Shown in pieces: positions 10,044 to 20,326 of a stretch of DNA of 64,000 bases. A model generated the notes under the pieces. The model was not told where the DNA came from. It ran no database searches and was given only the letters and a program-made list of their open reading frames with translations. Position 1 is the stretch's first letter. Each line of letters opens with the position of its first letter. Made by a program: the position numbers and the translations under genes. This DNA comes from Candidatus Lokiarchaeum ossiferum (GTDB taxonomy: Archaea; Asgardarchaeota; Lokiarchaeia; Sigyniarchaeales; Promethearchaeaceae), in the NCBI GenBank assembly GCA_025839675.1, contig CP104013.1, positions 2,849,121-2,913,120 on the forward strand, written 5' to 3'.

Positions 10044-10247
10044 ATATTTAAAACCCAATTTGAGTAATTTTATAGAAATCTGATCTTCTTTGTTAATTCC
10101 AAAATAAAAAGTTGAACATTTTAAAAAAAAATACGGAGAGTATGTATTTTTTGTTAAGATCTGGTAAAAAAAACCATTAAAAACATCTAAAAAAGACCAA
10201 ATTACGTAAATTTTTTTCAAATGCAAAATTAATAACAATGAGTTTTA

Positions 10248-11129
10248 ATGGTTAATGCAGTCATGGATTTATCAAAGGTAGTAGGCGAATTACAAAGGAA
10301 ATATAAGATCATCGGGCGCAAGCAAGAATTAACATTACTGCTTCTGGCTTTGAATGCTAAGAAACACATTATTTTAGAAGGTGCGGTTGGAACGGGAAAA
10401 ACCTATTTAGCACGCGCATTAGCAGAATATTCCGATGCTAAATTTTATCGAATTGATGGTAGTGAAGATGTTCTTAGCCATACCCTCACAGGCTATTTCG
10501 ATCCACCTGTAGTAATTGCCAAAGGTTATACCGAGGACGCATTCATTTATGGGCCTCTTAGTAAGGCGATGCAAGATGGAGGATGTCTATTTATCAACGA
10601 GTTGAATCGAATTCCAGAAAGTACTCAGAATGTTCTTTTATCTGCTTTAGATGAACACACCCTCATCATTCCTAAACTCAAGACCATTTCAGCAAATGGT
10701 AATGGATTTATTACGATTGCAACTCAAAATCCTGCAGCTCATGTTGGAGTTTCCGCTTTAGGAGAAGCTCTAAAAGACCGGTTTGTTTGGATTCATGTTG
10801 ATTATCAAACAGAAGATGAAGAGATCGAAATCACTGAGTTAAATTTGGATAAAACAAAAGATCACTATCACCTTTATGCAACAATTGCCGTTAAAATTGT
10901 GGACTTAACTCGAGAACACCCAGATATTCGTCGCGGTTCGTCTATCCGTGGGGCGATAGATCTAGCCCAATTAATCGAGGCTTACGGTAAATCACCAGGC
11001 ATGAAATTATGGAAGGAAGCTGCCGTAATGGCTCTTCATTCTAAGATAGAAATGATTGATGGTACAGACCGAAATCCTCGGGAAGTTATTATTGAAATTG
11101 TAGAGGCCGTCCTTGAAAATTTTCAGTAG
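10248..11129 (+). CDS. MoxR-family AAA+ ATPase
   Basis: 293 aa. Walker A GAVGTGKT, Walker B LFINELNR, and MoxR-like length. Confidence 0.85.
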   Translation: MVNAVMDLSKVVGELQRKYKIIGRKQELTLLLLALNAKKHIILEGAVGTGKTYLARALAEYSDAKFYRIDGSEDVLSHTLTGYFDPPVVIAKGYTEDAFIYGPLSKAMQDGGCLFINELNRIPESTQNVLLSALDEHTLIIPKLKTISANGNGFITIATQNPAAHVGVSALGEALKDRFVWIHVDYQTEDEEIEITELNLDKTKDHYHLYATIAVKIVDLTREHPDIRRGSSIRGAIDLAQLIEAYGKSPGMKLWKEAAVMALHSKIEMIDGTDRNPREVIIEIVEAVLENFQ

Positions 11130-11269
11130 AGGCTGAGGATCCCGAGCAATCTCCATCCAAGGAAGCCATCGCAGATATTAAACGTCTTCGTCTATCTTCA
11201 ATTAAAGAGAAAGATTTACTGAAATACGAAATTCTTCGGAAGCAGACTAGTCGTAAGAAGTACAAACAG

Positions 11270-12241
11270 ATGGCTAATGAACTCGGATTTCAAGATGTCA
11301 AAGCTATGACGGGTTTATCAGTTAAACAAGGAAATATTGATGCCCTAATGGGAATGGCACAATCAAATGTCTATGCGGTCACGGCAGAATTACAAAAACC
11401 AGAATATACGCAATTCTTCGCCAAAAAACATAAAAATCAGAGTGATTCTTTTATTCCTCAATTGTATTTCATGGTTCGATCTCATGCACCTCCGCATTTC
11501 AAAGTTATGTTACAGCGATTAACCCGATCCATCATCCTACGAACTTCTTTAAATATCTCTGGAAGAGGTAGTAAAGGAAAATCACGCCATCGCGTTCGTT
11601 ATTATCCAGGCATGCCTGAATTTGATTTGGATGCAACACTTTTCAATTATATTCAAAACGGGGCAAATTATCTCAAGCACTCAGATATTGTAGGGTATGA
11701 ACGACGACAACGGAAACGAAATGTAGTACTTATTTTAGATGTTTCAGGATCCATGTTTGGTAAACTGTTGCTTAATGCAGCGTTGACAACGAGTGTTCTT
11801 TCCTATGCTATGGCTAAGGATTTCACTTCAGTTATTTTATTTAATTCAGAAGCCCATGTTCTCAAAGGAATCAAAACCCAAACGAAGATCGTAGAATTAA
11901 TTGACCAAATTTTGGAAAGTGAAGCGGTCGGATTTACGAATATTTCCCGAGCCTTACATCGGGGGATAGTGGAATTAAAAAAAAATCCTGGAAATCGACA
12001 AAAAGTTGGAATCCTGATCACCGATGGAGATTTCAATCGCGGAAAAAACCCCTTATTTATGGCTCGACAGTTTCCTAAACTTCATGTGATTAATATGCCT
12101 CCAGAAGAAGTTAAACTGAAGCAAACTCGAGGTCAACAAGTATGTCGACAAATAGCGGCAGCAGGGCGGGGTTATTATGTCCCAGTTAAAGAATTTGATG
12201 AAATCCCGAGAGCATTAATGCAATTATTAGCAAAAATATAA
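11270..12241 (+). CDS. von Willebrand factor A (vWA) domain protein, the usual MoxR partner
   Basis: 323 aa. MIDAS motif DVSGSM, with downstream T and D residues (ILITDGD). Confidence 0.75.
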   Translation: MANELGFQDVKAMTGLSVKQGNIDALMGMAQSNVYAVTAELQKPEYTQFFAKKHKNQSDSFIPQLYFMVRSHAPPHFKVMLQRLTRSIILRTSLNISGRGSKGKSRHRVRYYPGMPEFDLDATLFNYIQNGANYLKHSDIVGYERRQRKRNVVLILDVSGSMFGKLLLNAALTTSVLSYAMAKDFTSVILFNSEAHVLKGIKTQTKIVELIDQILESEAVGFTNISRALHRGIVELKKNPGNRQKVGILITDGDFNRGKNPLFMARQFPKLHVINMPPEEVKLKQTRGQQVCRQIAAAGRGYYVPVKEFDEIPRALMQLLAKI

Positions 12242-12438
12242 AAAATAACTCATGTTTTATCTCAAGAAATTTTAATCTCCGACCCAAATAGATGGAATAA
12301 GTACAAAAAACACCTAAAAGGATAGATCATGAAAATGGTTTATTCATTAAATCTTCCTTAATTCTATTAGAATTAATCTCGTAGCAATTTTTAATTAATA
12401 ATATCAATATTTTAAGGTTTCAATAAACTTTCCCCAAT

Positions 12439-14499
12439 ATGGAAGGAGTTGACTTCTACAACAATTCAAAATTGTGGTATTTTTATAAAGAGAATATTCT
12501 TGGAGAAGCTTTGAAGCAGATTCAAAAGGAACAACCTTCAGATTTCCTATCTTTAATTGAAGAATATCTCAATTTAGAAAGTGAGATTAATCAACTTCAA
12601 AGCTATGGAGAATGTACTACCAAGCTATATAGTTTAAAAGAAAAATTAGATGAAAAGAACGATCCAATATTATTTTCCCATCTTCTTCTATCTGAAGGAG
12701 AAATTCTTAGAAAGAGGGGTAAGCTAATCGAATCACGGGATATTATTACTGATGCAATTACGAATTTTGAGAAAATCAAAGAACAATATCAATTTGGAAT
12801 AATATTTGCTTGTCGAAAAATGATTCATGTTTTATACTTACTTGGAGATTATAAAGCTGCGAAAAAATTTTGTGAAATGGGAATGTCGTTTATTACTGAT
12901 AAAAAGTTGTATGTTGATTCGTACATTGCTTTTTTGAATAATATGGGAATTATTATGCAGGCTCAAGGTGAAAGTAGTAGAGCAGTGGTTTTTCTGGATG
13001 AAGCATTTAAGCTTGCTAAATTGGAAAAAAAATACGATATTTTTGCAAGTTTAGCTAATAACTTAGGTGATTTTTATCTAAATCAAGGGAATTATAAAAA
13101 AGCCCAAGAATATTTAATAATAGGAATGGAAACCGCTAAGGAATTAAATTATACAGACATGTTATGCTATCTTTATATCAATCTTGGATTGCTAGAATCA
13201 AATAAAGGAAATTGGGCAAATGCAGAGAATTATTATAATGTGGGAATGAAAATTGCCCAAAAATCAGTAAAAGCTCTGCATTCAACATACTTATCAGAAA
13301 TAGCACTTCATTATAGAAGAAAAGGTAATTACTCAGAATCCATCAGTAAGTTTAAAGAAGCAATAGCATTATATCGCTTAAATCAAATAGAGAATAATGA
13401 ATTCATTAAAACCTTGGGTAGTTTAGCGGAGTTGTTAGGAATTATTGATGATTTTGAGGCCGCTTATGCCTACTTAAAGGAAGCAAGAAATTTAGCGAGA
13501 CAAAAGAAGATGCAACTAGGAAATCTACAAATTAGTTTGATTTTAGCGAAACTCTCACTACTTAAATCCGATTATATTTTCGCTGATTATGTACTTTCCG
13601 ACATTTCATTCTATTTATCTGATGAAATTGAGAAGAATTTCATAATAGAATTTAAATTGACGTTAGTGGAGTGTTTCATCCAGAATTATAAAGTGACGAA
13701 AAATAAAGATATAATTGACAAAGCAAGCAAAATATTGGAAGAAATTGTTGAAATTAGCGAAGAAAATCAATTACTACCTTATTTAATTCATGCGAAATTT
13801 TTACAAGCCGTTTTAATTTCAATTCGTCCAGAAAATCGAGATGAAGCAATCAAGAATTTAAATTTTACTATAAAACTGGCTAAAGAAAAGGAAATTGAAT
13901 CTCTAAAAAGAATTGGTAACGTAATATTGGAAGATCTAGAAAGAAAAAAATACAGTAGCGAAGAACTAGCAGATCTGTTTATCCAATATTTCAACACCTT
14001 GAATTATACAATAAAAATTTCGGATGATGAGAGAGAAATGATTGAAAAAATCGGAATTTTGCTCATATCTATATCGGATTTGGGACCTGATATTATAGCA
14101 GGTATTGATCGACCTGAAGAATTGGATGAGATACAAGGAATGCGTATGGCAACGTTTATTTCAGTATCTATTGGGCAAGGAGGCGAATATCATCAAGGAT
14201 TATTTGGACCATTACCAATTTCGGCACCAAACCAATCTTTAGCTTTGATTTCTTCCCATATAATAAAAGATAAGACAAATAAAGACAAGCGGTTAGCGGA
14301 TTCAAATTTAGCATTGATGACAATACTTGTTCCAGAAAAAATAATCCGATTTTTTAATGATAGATCCATCATTCAAACAATCATTAGCAATAACCTTGAA
14401 GAAATAACTTCCTTAGCAGAGATTACAGAAGAAATCTTGTATAATGTGAAAACAGAAATAATTGAGAACATTTTGCCTACAATTCCTTCGAAAAAATGA
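12439..14499 (+). CDS. TPR-repeat protein (686 aa)
   Basis: Multiple 34-aa TPR-like repeats in the N-terminal two thirds (e.g. ANNLGDFYLNQGNYKKAQEYL). The C-terminal region has no assignable domain. Confidence 0.55.
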   Translation: MEGVDFYNNSKLWYFYKENILGEALKQIQKEQPSDFLSLIEEYLNLESEINQLQSYGECTTKLYSLKEKLDEKNDPILFSHLLLSEGEILRKRGKLIESRDIITDAITNFEKIKEQYQFGIIFACRKMIHVLYLLGDYKAAKKFCEMGMSFITDKKLYVDSYIAFLNNMGIIMQAQGESSRAVVFLDEAFKLAKLEKKYDIFASLANNLGDFYLNQGNYKKAQEYLIIGMETAKELNYTDMLCYLYINLGLLESNKGNWANAENYYNVGMKIAQKSVKALHSTYLSEIALHYRRKGNYSESISKFKEAIALYRLNQIENNEFIKTLGSLAELLGIIDDFEAAYAYLKEARNLARQKKMQLGNLQISLILAKLSLLKSDYIFADYVLSDISFYLSDEIEKNFIIEFKLTLVECFIQNYKVTKNKDIIDKASKILEEIVEISEENQLLPYLIHAKFLQAVLISIRPENRDEAIKNLNFTIKLAKEKEIESLKRIGNVILEDLERKKYSSEELADLFIQYFNTLNYTIKISDDEREMIEKIGILLISISDLGPDIIAGIDRPEELDEIQGMRMATFISVSIGQGGEYHQGLFGPLPISAPNQSLALISSHIIKDKTNKDKRLADSNLALMTILVPEKIIRFFNDRSIIQTIISNNLEEITSLAEITEEILYNVKTEIIENILPTIPSKK

Positions 14500-14559
14500 G
14501 TTTAATTTGATGCAAATGCATGAAACATTTTTCTGGAGAGAATTGGAAGTAAAAAAAAA

Positions 14560-15987
14560 TTAAAGATCCATTTCATCCAATTTTTGATGGATAACTTTCA
14601 TTTTTTCTGGATTCAAAGTATTCATTTTCCAAAATATTAGAACCCCAAGCAACATAAAAATAATCGGGAGGATTGCTGAATGAATTCGAATCCCCCATTG
14701 AGCAGGAGTCGATTGATCTACATTTGGTCGATTGTCAAAGTTGGTAAGGGTATGGACAATCGCAAAGCTGGATGCTTGAACAGCATAAGAAAGACGTCCA
14801 AAAAAGGCACGGAAACCCATATAAATACCATCGTTACGTTTTCCCGTATTTACAACTACTTCATCTATCACATCAGCCATGCATGGAGTAATTAAGAACC
14901 AATAGCCTCCAAAACCCATCCCAAAAATCGTGATTGCAATAGTATAGGCAACATAGGTTTTCGCAAATATCATTGGAACTAAACCAGCAATGAGAACAAA
15001 AGCGGATAAAATTAAAGCTTTTTGATTACTTTGAATTTTTTTAGCAATAAAACCCCAAAATGGGACCGAAATTAGAGCACCCACTAGCATTCCAGCAAAA
15101 ATAATGGTGGTATCACTTTTCTCTCCAGGTAGAAGATAATCGGCAATATAATCAACAGATGCTGAAAGACTCATAGTGCAAGCTTGATAAAGGAAATAGA
15201 ATAAAATAAAGGCTACAAAATTTTTCTGTTTAAAAGCCCCTTTTAATTGAGTGAAGAAGGATGCTTCTTTTTCTTCGTTTGATTTCATGTCTTCCAGAGA
15301 TTGTAAATATCTCTCTATCATGACGGGATCCTCCCGTACACCCGGAAGCATTAGAAAGAATATAACTAGCGCTATTGCAGCGAAAACAATTGCATTCAGC
15401 ACATATCTGCCTGTATCTTCATAAGAAGGAATAATAAAGGTGGGGAGCAAGTTTCCTAAAGCAATCCCCAATACACCAACAATAGTGGCAAGCCCAGCAG
15501 CCTTAGAACGAATGTTATTACCTCGAAACTTATCTGGAAACAATGATTGATAATTTAATTCCCAAATTGAGAAGAAAGTATCATGAATACAGACGCTTAA
15601 TGCCATCCATAGGAATATACCGAATTGATGGTTTTCTGGATTTGTTTTATACGAACTTGGGACGATGAAAATTAAGATTATTGTAAATACCCAGATAAAA
15701 CACCCGAATACTATCCAAGGAAATCTTCGACCAAATTTTTTAGCAAATCGAGTTGGTCGAATTGTGAAATATCCAACAATGGGATCATTAATTGCGTTAT
15801 AAATGGAATAGATTATAATTCCCAATCCTGCCAATAAAGGATCCAATTGCAAGTTAGTTTCATAATACTTGAAAACTAGCACCGAAAAGGCTGCAGAAAA
15901 GAATTCAACTAAAAATTTCCCGGAACCATAGGAAAGCATAATATTAGTTGAAGGTTCTGATGGGTTTTTTGAACTTGTTTCTGTCAT
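14560..15987 (-). CDS. MFS-type transporter (GPH/sugar:cation symporter-like)
   Basis: 475 aa with about 12 predicted TM helices and MFS-like loop motifs. Confidence 0.7.
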   Translation of the reverse strand: MTETSSKNPSEPSTNIMLSYGSGKFLVEFFSAAFSVLVFKYYETNLQLDPLLAGLGIIIYSIYNAINDPIVGYFTIRPTRFAKKFGRRFPWIVFGCFIWVFTIILIFIVPSSYKTNPENHQFGIFLWMALSVCIHDTFFSIWELNYQSLFPDKFRGNNIRSKAAGLATIVGVLGIALGNLLPTFIIPSYEDTGRYVLNAIVFAAIALVIFFLMLPGVREDPVMIERYLQSLEDMKSNEEKEASFFTQLKGAFKQKNFVAFILFYFLYQACTMSLSASVDYIADYLLPGEKSDTTIIFAGMLVGALISVPFWGFIAKKIQSNQKALILSAFVLIAGLVPMIFAKTYVAYTIAITIFGMGFGGYWFLITPCMADVIDEVVVNTGKRNDGIYMGFRAFFGRLSYAVQASSFAIVHTLTNFDNRPNVDQSTPAQWGIRIHSAILPIIFMLLGVLIFWKMNTLNPEKMKVIHQKLDEMDL

Positions 15988-16164
15988 GATTTTTCATACC
16001 TTCTGAAAGTTTTGAACTGAACTTGTGTTTTTCAAAATCTCTTAATCCTATTTCGTGAAGCTTCTTCAAAAAGATTGAGTTTCCAAAATGACATCATAGT
16101 CTACTAATTGAAGGTTGTGAAAAATTCCAAAAACTCTTTTTAAATTCTAAAATTTCTATACCTC

Positions 16165-16980
16165 ATGACATTAAAGGGTTCCCGAAAGAAATCGAAATCC
16201 CTATCACCGAAGGATCAAAAAAATAAAAAAATTGCACAAATTCTCTGCATTGCTGGCATTGTGGGGATTCTCATCCAATTTCTTTATTTTTTTATTAAAT
16301 ATGGGAGGCTAAGCGATTGGTGGTGTATCGTAATTTATTGGATTATTTTTATCATGCCTGGTTACTTAGCAGATGCCATGATGGTGGTAGTGGGAGGCGG
16401 CAGACCATTAGATAATGGGAAGCTTGCGAAAGATGGACGACGTTTATTTGGTCCAGGTAAATCTCTTCGAGGATTTCTCTTAGGTCCTCTCACAGGTGGA
16501 CTAATTGCCTTGGGGATTCATACTATCCTATACTGGCAATGGGGAACCATTGAGACCGCAGTGGTAAATTTTGTTGCGGATCCCAATGTATTCTATAATT
16601 TCTACAACAACGATCCTGATTTGCTCCTAGCTGATCTATCCTTATATCTCCTTGGGGACAAATCCTCAAATCCTTCACTACTTACATTTCTAAAATTAAT
16701 CCCGAGAGTGTTTTTATGTGCGTATGGTGCTGCTCTTGGAGACCTTTTTGGGAGCTGGGCAAAACGGCGTAAAAATATTGAACGAGGACAGCCCTTCTGG
16801 ATAGTGGATCAAATTGATTTCTTAAGTGGATGCCTCATTTTAGCAGGATGGTTTGTATTTCTTCCAATTTCAGCCCATGTTCCTCATGTCCTAATTATGA
16901 TGATAATCATTACTCCAACCATCACAATTTTGGCAAATAATCTTTCATATATGACGGGTCATAAAAGTGTTCCATGGTAG
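16165..16980 (+). CDS. carS: CDP-archaeol synthase (CDP-2,3-bis-O-geranylgeranyl-sn-glycerol synthase)
   Basis: Conserved CarS signature VVGGGRPLDNGK...DGRRLFGPGKSLRGF, and the C-terminal ...VPW matches archaeal CarS. Multi-TM protein. Confidence 0.8.
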   Translation: MTLKGSRKKSKSLSPKDQKNKKIAQILCIAGIVGILIQFLYFFIKYGRLSDWWCIVIYWIIFIMPGYLADAMMVVVGGGRPLDNGKLAKDGRRLFGPGKSLRGFLLGPLTGGLIALGIHTILYWQWGTIETAVVNFVADPNVFYNFYNNDPDLLLADLSLYLLGDKSSNPSLLTFLKLIPRVFLCAYGAALGDLFGSWAKRRKNIERGQPFWIVDQIDFLSGCLILAGWFVFLPISAHVPHVLIMMIIITPTITILANNLSYMTGHKSVPW

Positions 16981-16989
16981 GGGAAAACG

Positions 16990-17412
16990 ATGGAAATTTT
17001 TGGTAAAAAGGAAGCAGGTATCATATATATTAATCGACCTGGAGTTTATGTTATTATCCAAAATGAATTACATCAGATTGCCTTTGTACGAACTGTAAAG
17101 GGATTGTTTTTACCAGGAGGAGGAAAAGAACAAGAAGAATCGGATGAAGAATGTTTACTCCGAGAATGTCGTGAGGAATTGGGCTGGGAGATTCAGATAG
17201 GAAAAAAAATCGCAGAAACAGGAGAATATTTTTCATCTCCCCACCAAGGACAATACTACTTCATCCAAGGAGTATATTATTTAGGAGAAAAACTTACTAA
17301 AAAATGGGATCCCATTGAAGATGATCATCTCTTAGAATGGAGAAGCCCAAAACTCGCACTTCCTCAGATTTATCCCCAAGGACAAAAATGGGTTATCCAA
17401 CAAAATTTTTAA
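16990..17412 (+). CDS. NUDIX hydrolase
   Basis: NUDIX box PGGGKEQEESDEECLLRECREELGWEI (G-x5-E-x7-REUxEExGU). Confidence 0.8.
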   Translation: MEIFGKKEAGIIYINRPGVYVIIQNELHQIAFVRTVKGLFLPGGGKEQEESDEECLLRECREELGWEIQIGKKIAETGEYFSSPHQGQYYFIQGVYYLGEKLTKKWDPIEDDHLLEWRSPKLALPQIYPQGQKWVIQQNF

Positions 17413-17440
17413 TTAATATACTGCCCATGATAAGACTATA

Positions 17441-18262
17441 ATGCCAAAACATCAAAGTAAATATGGACACTTTTCGAATGGATTAGAATATGTGGCTTTG
17501 GGAACGGGTGAAAAAAAAGTATTATTCTTTTTGGGTGGACCAGGAAACGAAATACCCCATGGAATAATGTTACAATTTTATTCCAAACCATTTACTCCGC
17601 TTATTGAAAATTATACATTGTATCTTATCAGCCGAAAATCGGATCTTCCCTCAGGATATACAACAATTCAGATGGCTGCAGATTATGCTGAGATGATTAA
17701 AAACGATTTGGGGGGAAAAGTGCATGGGGTTATTGGATTTTCGTATGGAGGAATGATATTACAACATTTTTGTGCTTTATATCCAAATTTAGCAGACAAA
17801 TTTATATTATTATCTGCATCCCATAAAACCTCAGAAATTGGTCTCCAGCTTGATTGTAAATATGCACGTCTATTGAGTAAAGGTAAATTTGGGAGTGCTT
17901 TCGCATTAATCGCTACAGCTGTATATCCTAAAGGATTAAAACGAACTGTTATTAAACCTTTGATCTGGTTGCTAGGAACCTTTAGTAAGAAACCAAGCAA
18001 TAAAACCTATTCTCAAGATGTGTTAATAGAATACCAAGCGGAAGAAAATCATAATGCTGATGAAAATTTACGTAAAATTAGAGTCCCCGTCGTAATTGTC
18101 TGTGGAGATCAAGATTATTATATGCCATTAGAAGGTTTCGAGGAGATGTATGATCTAATTCCTGAAGCAAAATTGAAGATTTTTCACGGAAAAGGACATG
18201 ATGTTTTTGAGGATCCACAGGCTATAAATTATATTTTGAAGGAATTACAAAACATTTCTTAA
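17441..18262 (+). CDS. Alpha/beta-fold hydrolase
   Basis: Nucleophile elbow GFSYGG, and the length and topology of an esterase/lipase-type alpha/beta hydrolase. Confidence 0.7.
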   Translation: MPKHQSKYGHFSNGLEYVALGTGEKKVLFFLGGPGNEIPHGIMLQFYSKPFTPLIENYTLYLISRKSDLPSGYTTIQMAADYAEMIKNDLGGKVHGVIGFSYGGMILQHFCALYPNLADKFILLSASHKTSEIGLQLDCKYARLLSKGKFGSAFALIATAVYPKGLKRTVIKPLIWLLGTFSKKPSNKTYSQDVLIEYQAEENHNADENLRKIRVPVVIVCGDQDYYMPLEGFEEMYDLIPEAKLKIFHGKGHDVFEDPQAINYILKELQNIS

Positions 18263-18315
18263 TACATCTTTTTTAATATCTTCTAATCTCTACTTCATCA
18301 TAGAAGAGAGGTCAA

Positions 18316-19395
18316 TCAAATTTTTCCATTTTTCACTTGTTCGAGGTTTTCCCATTCCTCAAATTGATTATCTAAAACCGAAACAAATTTTGTTAGATCT
18401 TCCACAATGATTTCATCTTTATTAATTTTAAAAGGATATTGATCCCCCCACTGAATTAAGCGTTGCAAAAGTTCTGATTCCGGAATAGATAAAGCCCGAG
18501 CAACATCATTTCGTTTTATTCGCTGAGAAATGCGCATAACATTCTTGAATTGATATAAAAGATCTTGATCCCGTTGTCGTTCTTTTTGTCTAAGGTCCAA
18601 TTGGATATTTTTCCTTCGTTCGATACGTTTTTTTTTTCTTTCGATTTGTTTTGACTTAATGGTTTGCTTAGCCTGTTCCAAATGTTTTTCAATAGATTTC
18701 ATAAAATGATTACTATTTTCTTCAATTTTCTTTTGGATATTAATGACATTATTCTTTTGCACAATAAACCACTTATTGAGATCAGAACCTACATGATCAA
18801 AAAATGTTTTAATGGGGGTTGTTTGTATTTTATTTGCCGGATTAATAGATTCATTAGAAATTAAAGCATCCATGTTTGGAAGAAATATATCCTCTAATTC
18901 TTCTGATTTTTGAGGTAAAGAAGTTATTTTATCTAGTATTTTGGATCTTGCGATTTTGATCATAGCGGGTGCTACCACTAACTGAAAAATACTTAGAAAA
19001 AATAAGGAATCAAATAGATTTTGTCGTGATATCGCGGGGTTAATGTAACTATTTTCTTCTGACTGGTTGGTAAAATCCATATAGTGTGAGAGAAAAAGAT
19101 CATTTAGTTCTTTTTTCTGCAATTTTTTTAGTTGTTGGATATAAAGTTGTATATTGGGGATGATTTCATCCTGGAATTTATTTAAAAGATTTTGTATTGT
19201 TTTTTGGTCTTCTACATCTAGTTTACTAAAATTTTCATCGTTTTTGTAGTTTTTTTGAAGAATCGAATGAATTTTCAGCCAATTGATCAAATAATTTAAA
19301 GTATTTTTATCATTTTTTATGGAAATATCAAATTTATTAACGTTTTCAAGTAATTGAATTAATAATTCATGGTTTTGCATATTAATCCTACACAT
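18316..19395 (-). CDS. Hypothetical protein with one TM segment, a Lys/Arg-rich coiled coil and a C-terminal HTH-like segment
   Basis: 359 aa. Hydrophobic helix LFDSLFFLSIFQLVVAPAMI, a charged coiled coil (KQIERKKKRIERRKNIQLDLRQKERQRDQ), and a putative HTH DVARALSIPESELLQRLIQWG. Confidence 0.45.
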   Translation of the reverse strand: MCRINMQNHELLIQLLENVNKFDISIKNDKNTLNYLINWLKIHSILQKNYKNDENFSKLDVEDQKTIQNLLNKFQDEIIPNIQLYIQQLKKLQKKELNDLFLSHYMDFTNQSEENSYINPAISRQNLFDSLFFLSIFQLVVAPAMIKIARSKILDKITSLPQKSEELEDIFLPNMDALISNESINPANKIQTTPIKTFFDHVGSDLNKWFIVQKNNVINIQKKIEENSNHFMKSIEKHLEQAKQTIKSKQIERKKKRIERRKNIQLDLRQKERQRDQDLLYQFKNVMRISQRIKRNDVARALSIPESELLQRLIQWGDQYPFKINKDEIIVEDLTKFVSVLDNQFEEWENLEQVKNGKI

Positions 19396-19517
19396 TTTTT
19401 TTAATATATTATTATGGATAATTACTCCATATAAAGATATGATATCTTTTTCCAGAATTGCCTTTACCCCCTATTACCTTTTTAGGAAAGGGATTCCTTA
19501 TTTAGATAGAAATCTTT

Positions 19518-20003
19518 ATGATGATCGTTCCGGGACATTATTCTGATATTATTGAACTTATGCGCGTGGAACTTTTCGCCTTTGAACAAGACGGGTATGA
19601 TATCAATACCATCAACCGATTAATTAAAGATTCAATTCTATTTTTGAAAATGATCAATCCGATAGATATGAGTTTGGTAGGATTTTCAATCTGTTCCAAT
19701 ATGATGGGAGAAGAAAATGTTAAGGAAACCCAAGCTGTAGAATTGATTACGTTAGCGATTCATCCTAAATTTCAAAGGCAAGGATTTGGAAATCGACTTC
19801 TCCAACGAACTTTGGTCGATTTACAACGGTTTAATGTACAAGTTGTGCAACTGCATGTGAAAGTTAGTAATGAAAAAGCGATTAATTTATATAAAAAACA
19901 TGGCTTTAAAATTGTTGAAACCATCGAGGAATACTATGATGACAGCAAGGAATCGGCATATACCATGATCTTGATGCTAACTAAAAAGTCGAAGGCTGAT
20001 TAA
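19518..20003 (+). CDS. GNAT family N-acetyltransferase
   Basis: Motif A RQGFGNRLLQ; 161 aa. Confidence 0.8.
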   Translation: MMIVPGHYSDIIELMRVELFAFEQDGYDINTINRLIKDSILFLKMINPIDMSLVGFSICSNMMGEENVKETQAVELITLAIHPKFQRQGFGNRLLQRTLVDLQRFNVQVVQLHVKVSNEKAINLYKKHGFKIVETIEEYYDDSKESAYTMILMLTKKSKAD

Positions 20004-20133
20004 ATTGGTTGTTAATATCGAGAAACATTTCCTTATAAGTGTGTAAAACTTAATAGGGGAAAAAATCAAAGTAAAAAATAAGATATTTATTGTGGATCTT
20101 ACAATAAACAATTTTGATTATACGGTGAAAAAT

Positions 20134-20301
20134 ATGAGCGAAGATGAACTTAAAAGAGAAATTGAACAGCATGATAAATCTGCCATGAAACACGTTTCCG
20201 ATGAAGAAAAAGCGGCTTATGAAGCTGAAAAGAAAAAACGTGCTGAAGAATTGGAAAAATTGAAAGAAAAATTAAAAGCCGAAGGTAAATGGGAAGAATA
20301 A
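20134..20301 (+). CDS. Small highly charged coiled-coil protein (55 aa from the ATG; the track ORF starts earlier at a GTG)
   Basis: MSEDELKREIEQHDK...EKKKRAEELEKLKEKLKAEGKWEE. Speculative small ORF. Confidence 0.3.
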   Translation: MSEDELKREIEQHDKSAMKHVSDEEKAAYEAEKKKRAEELEKLKEKLKAEGKWEE

Positions 20302-20326
20302 TCCCGCTTCAAATTACTACGTTTTT

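Noticed and set aside
9357-10238. Long form of the MetV-like ORF (293 aa)
   Set aside because: The first 65 residues are Phe/Tyr/Lys low-complexity, and their coding sequence would leave almost no promoter space before the divergent MoxR gene. The internal Met at 10043 was preferred.
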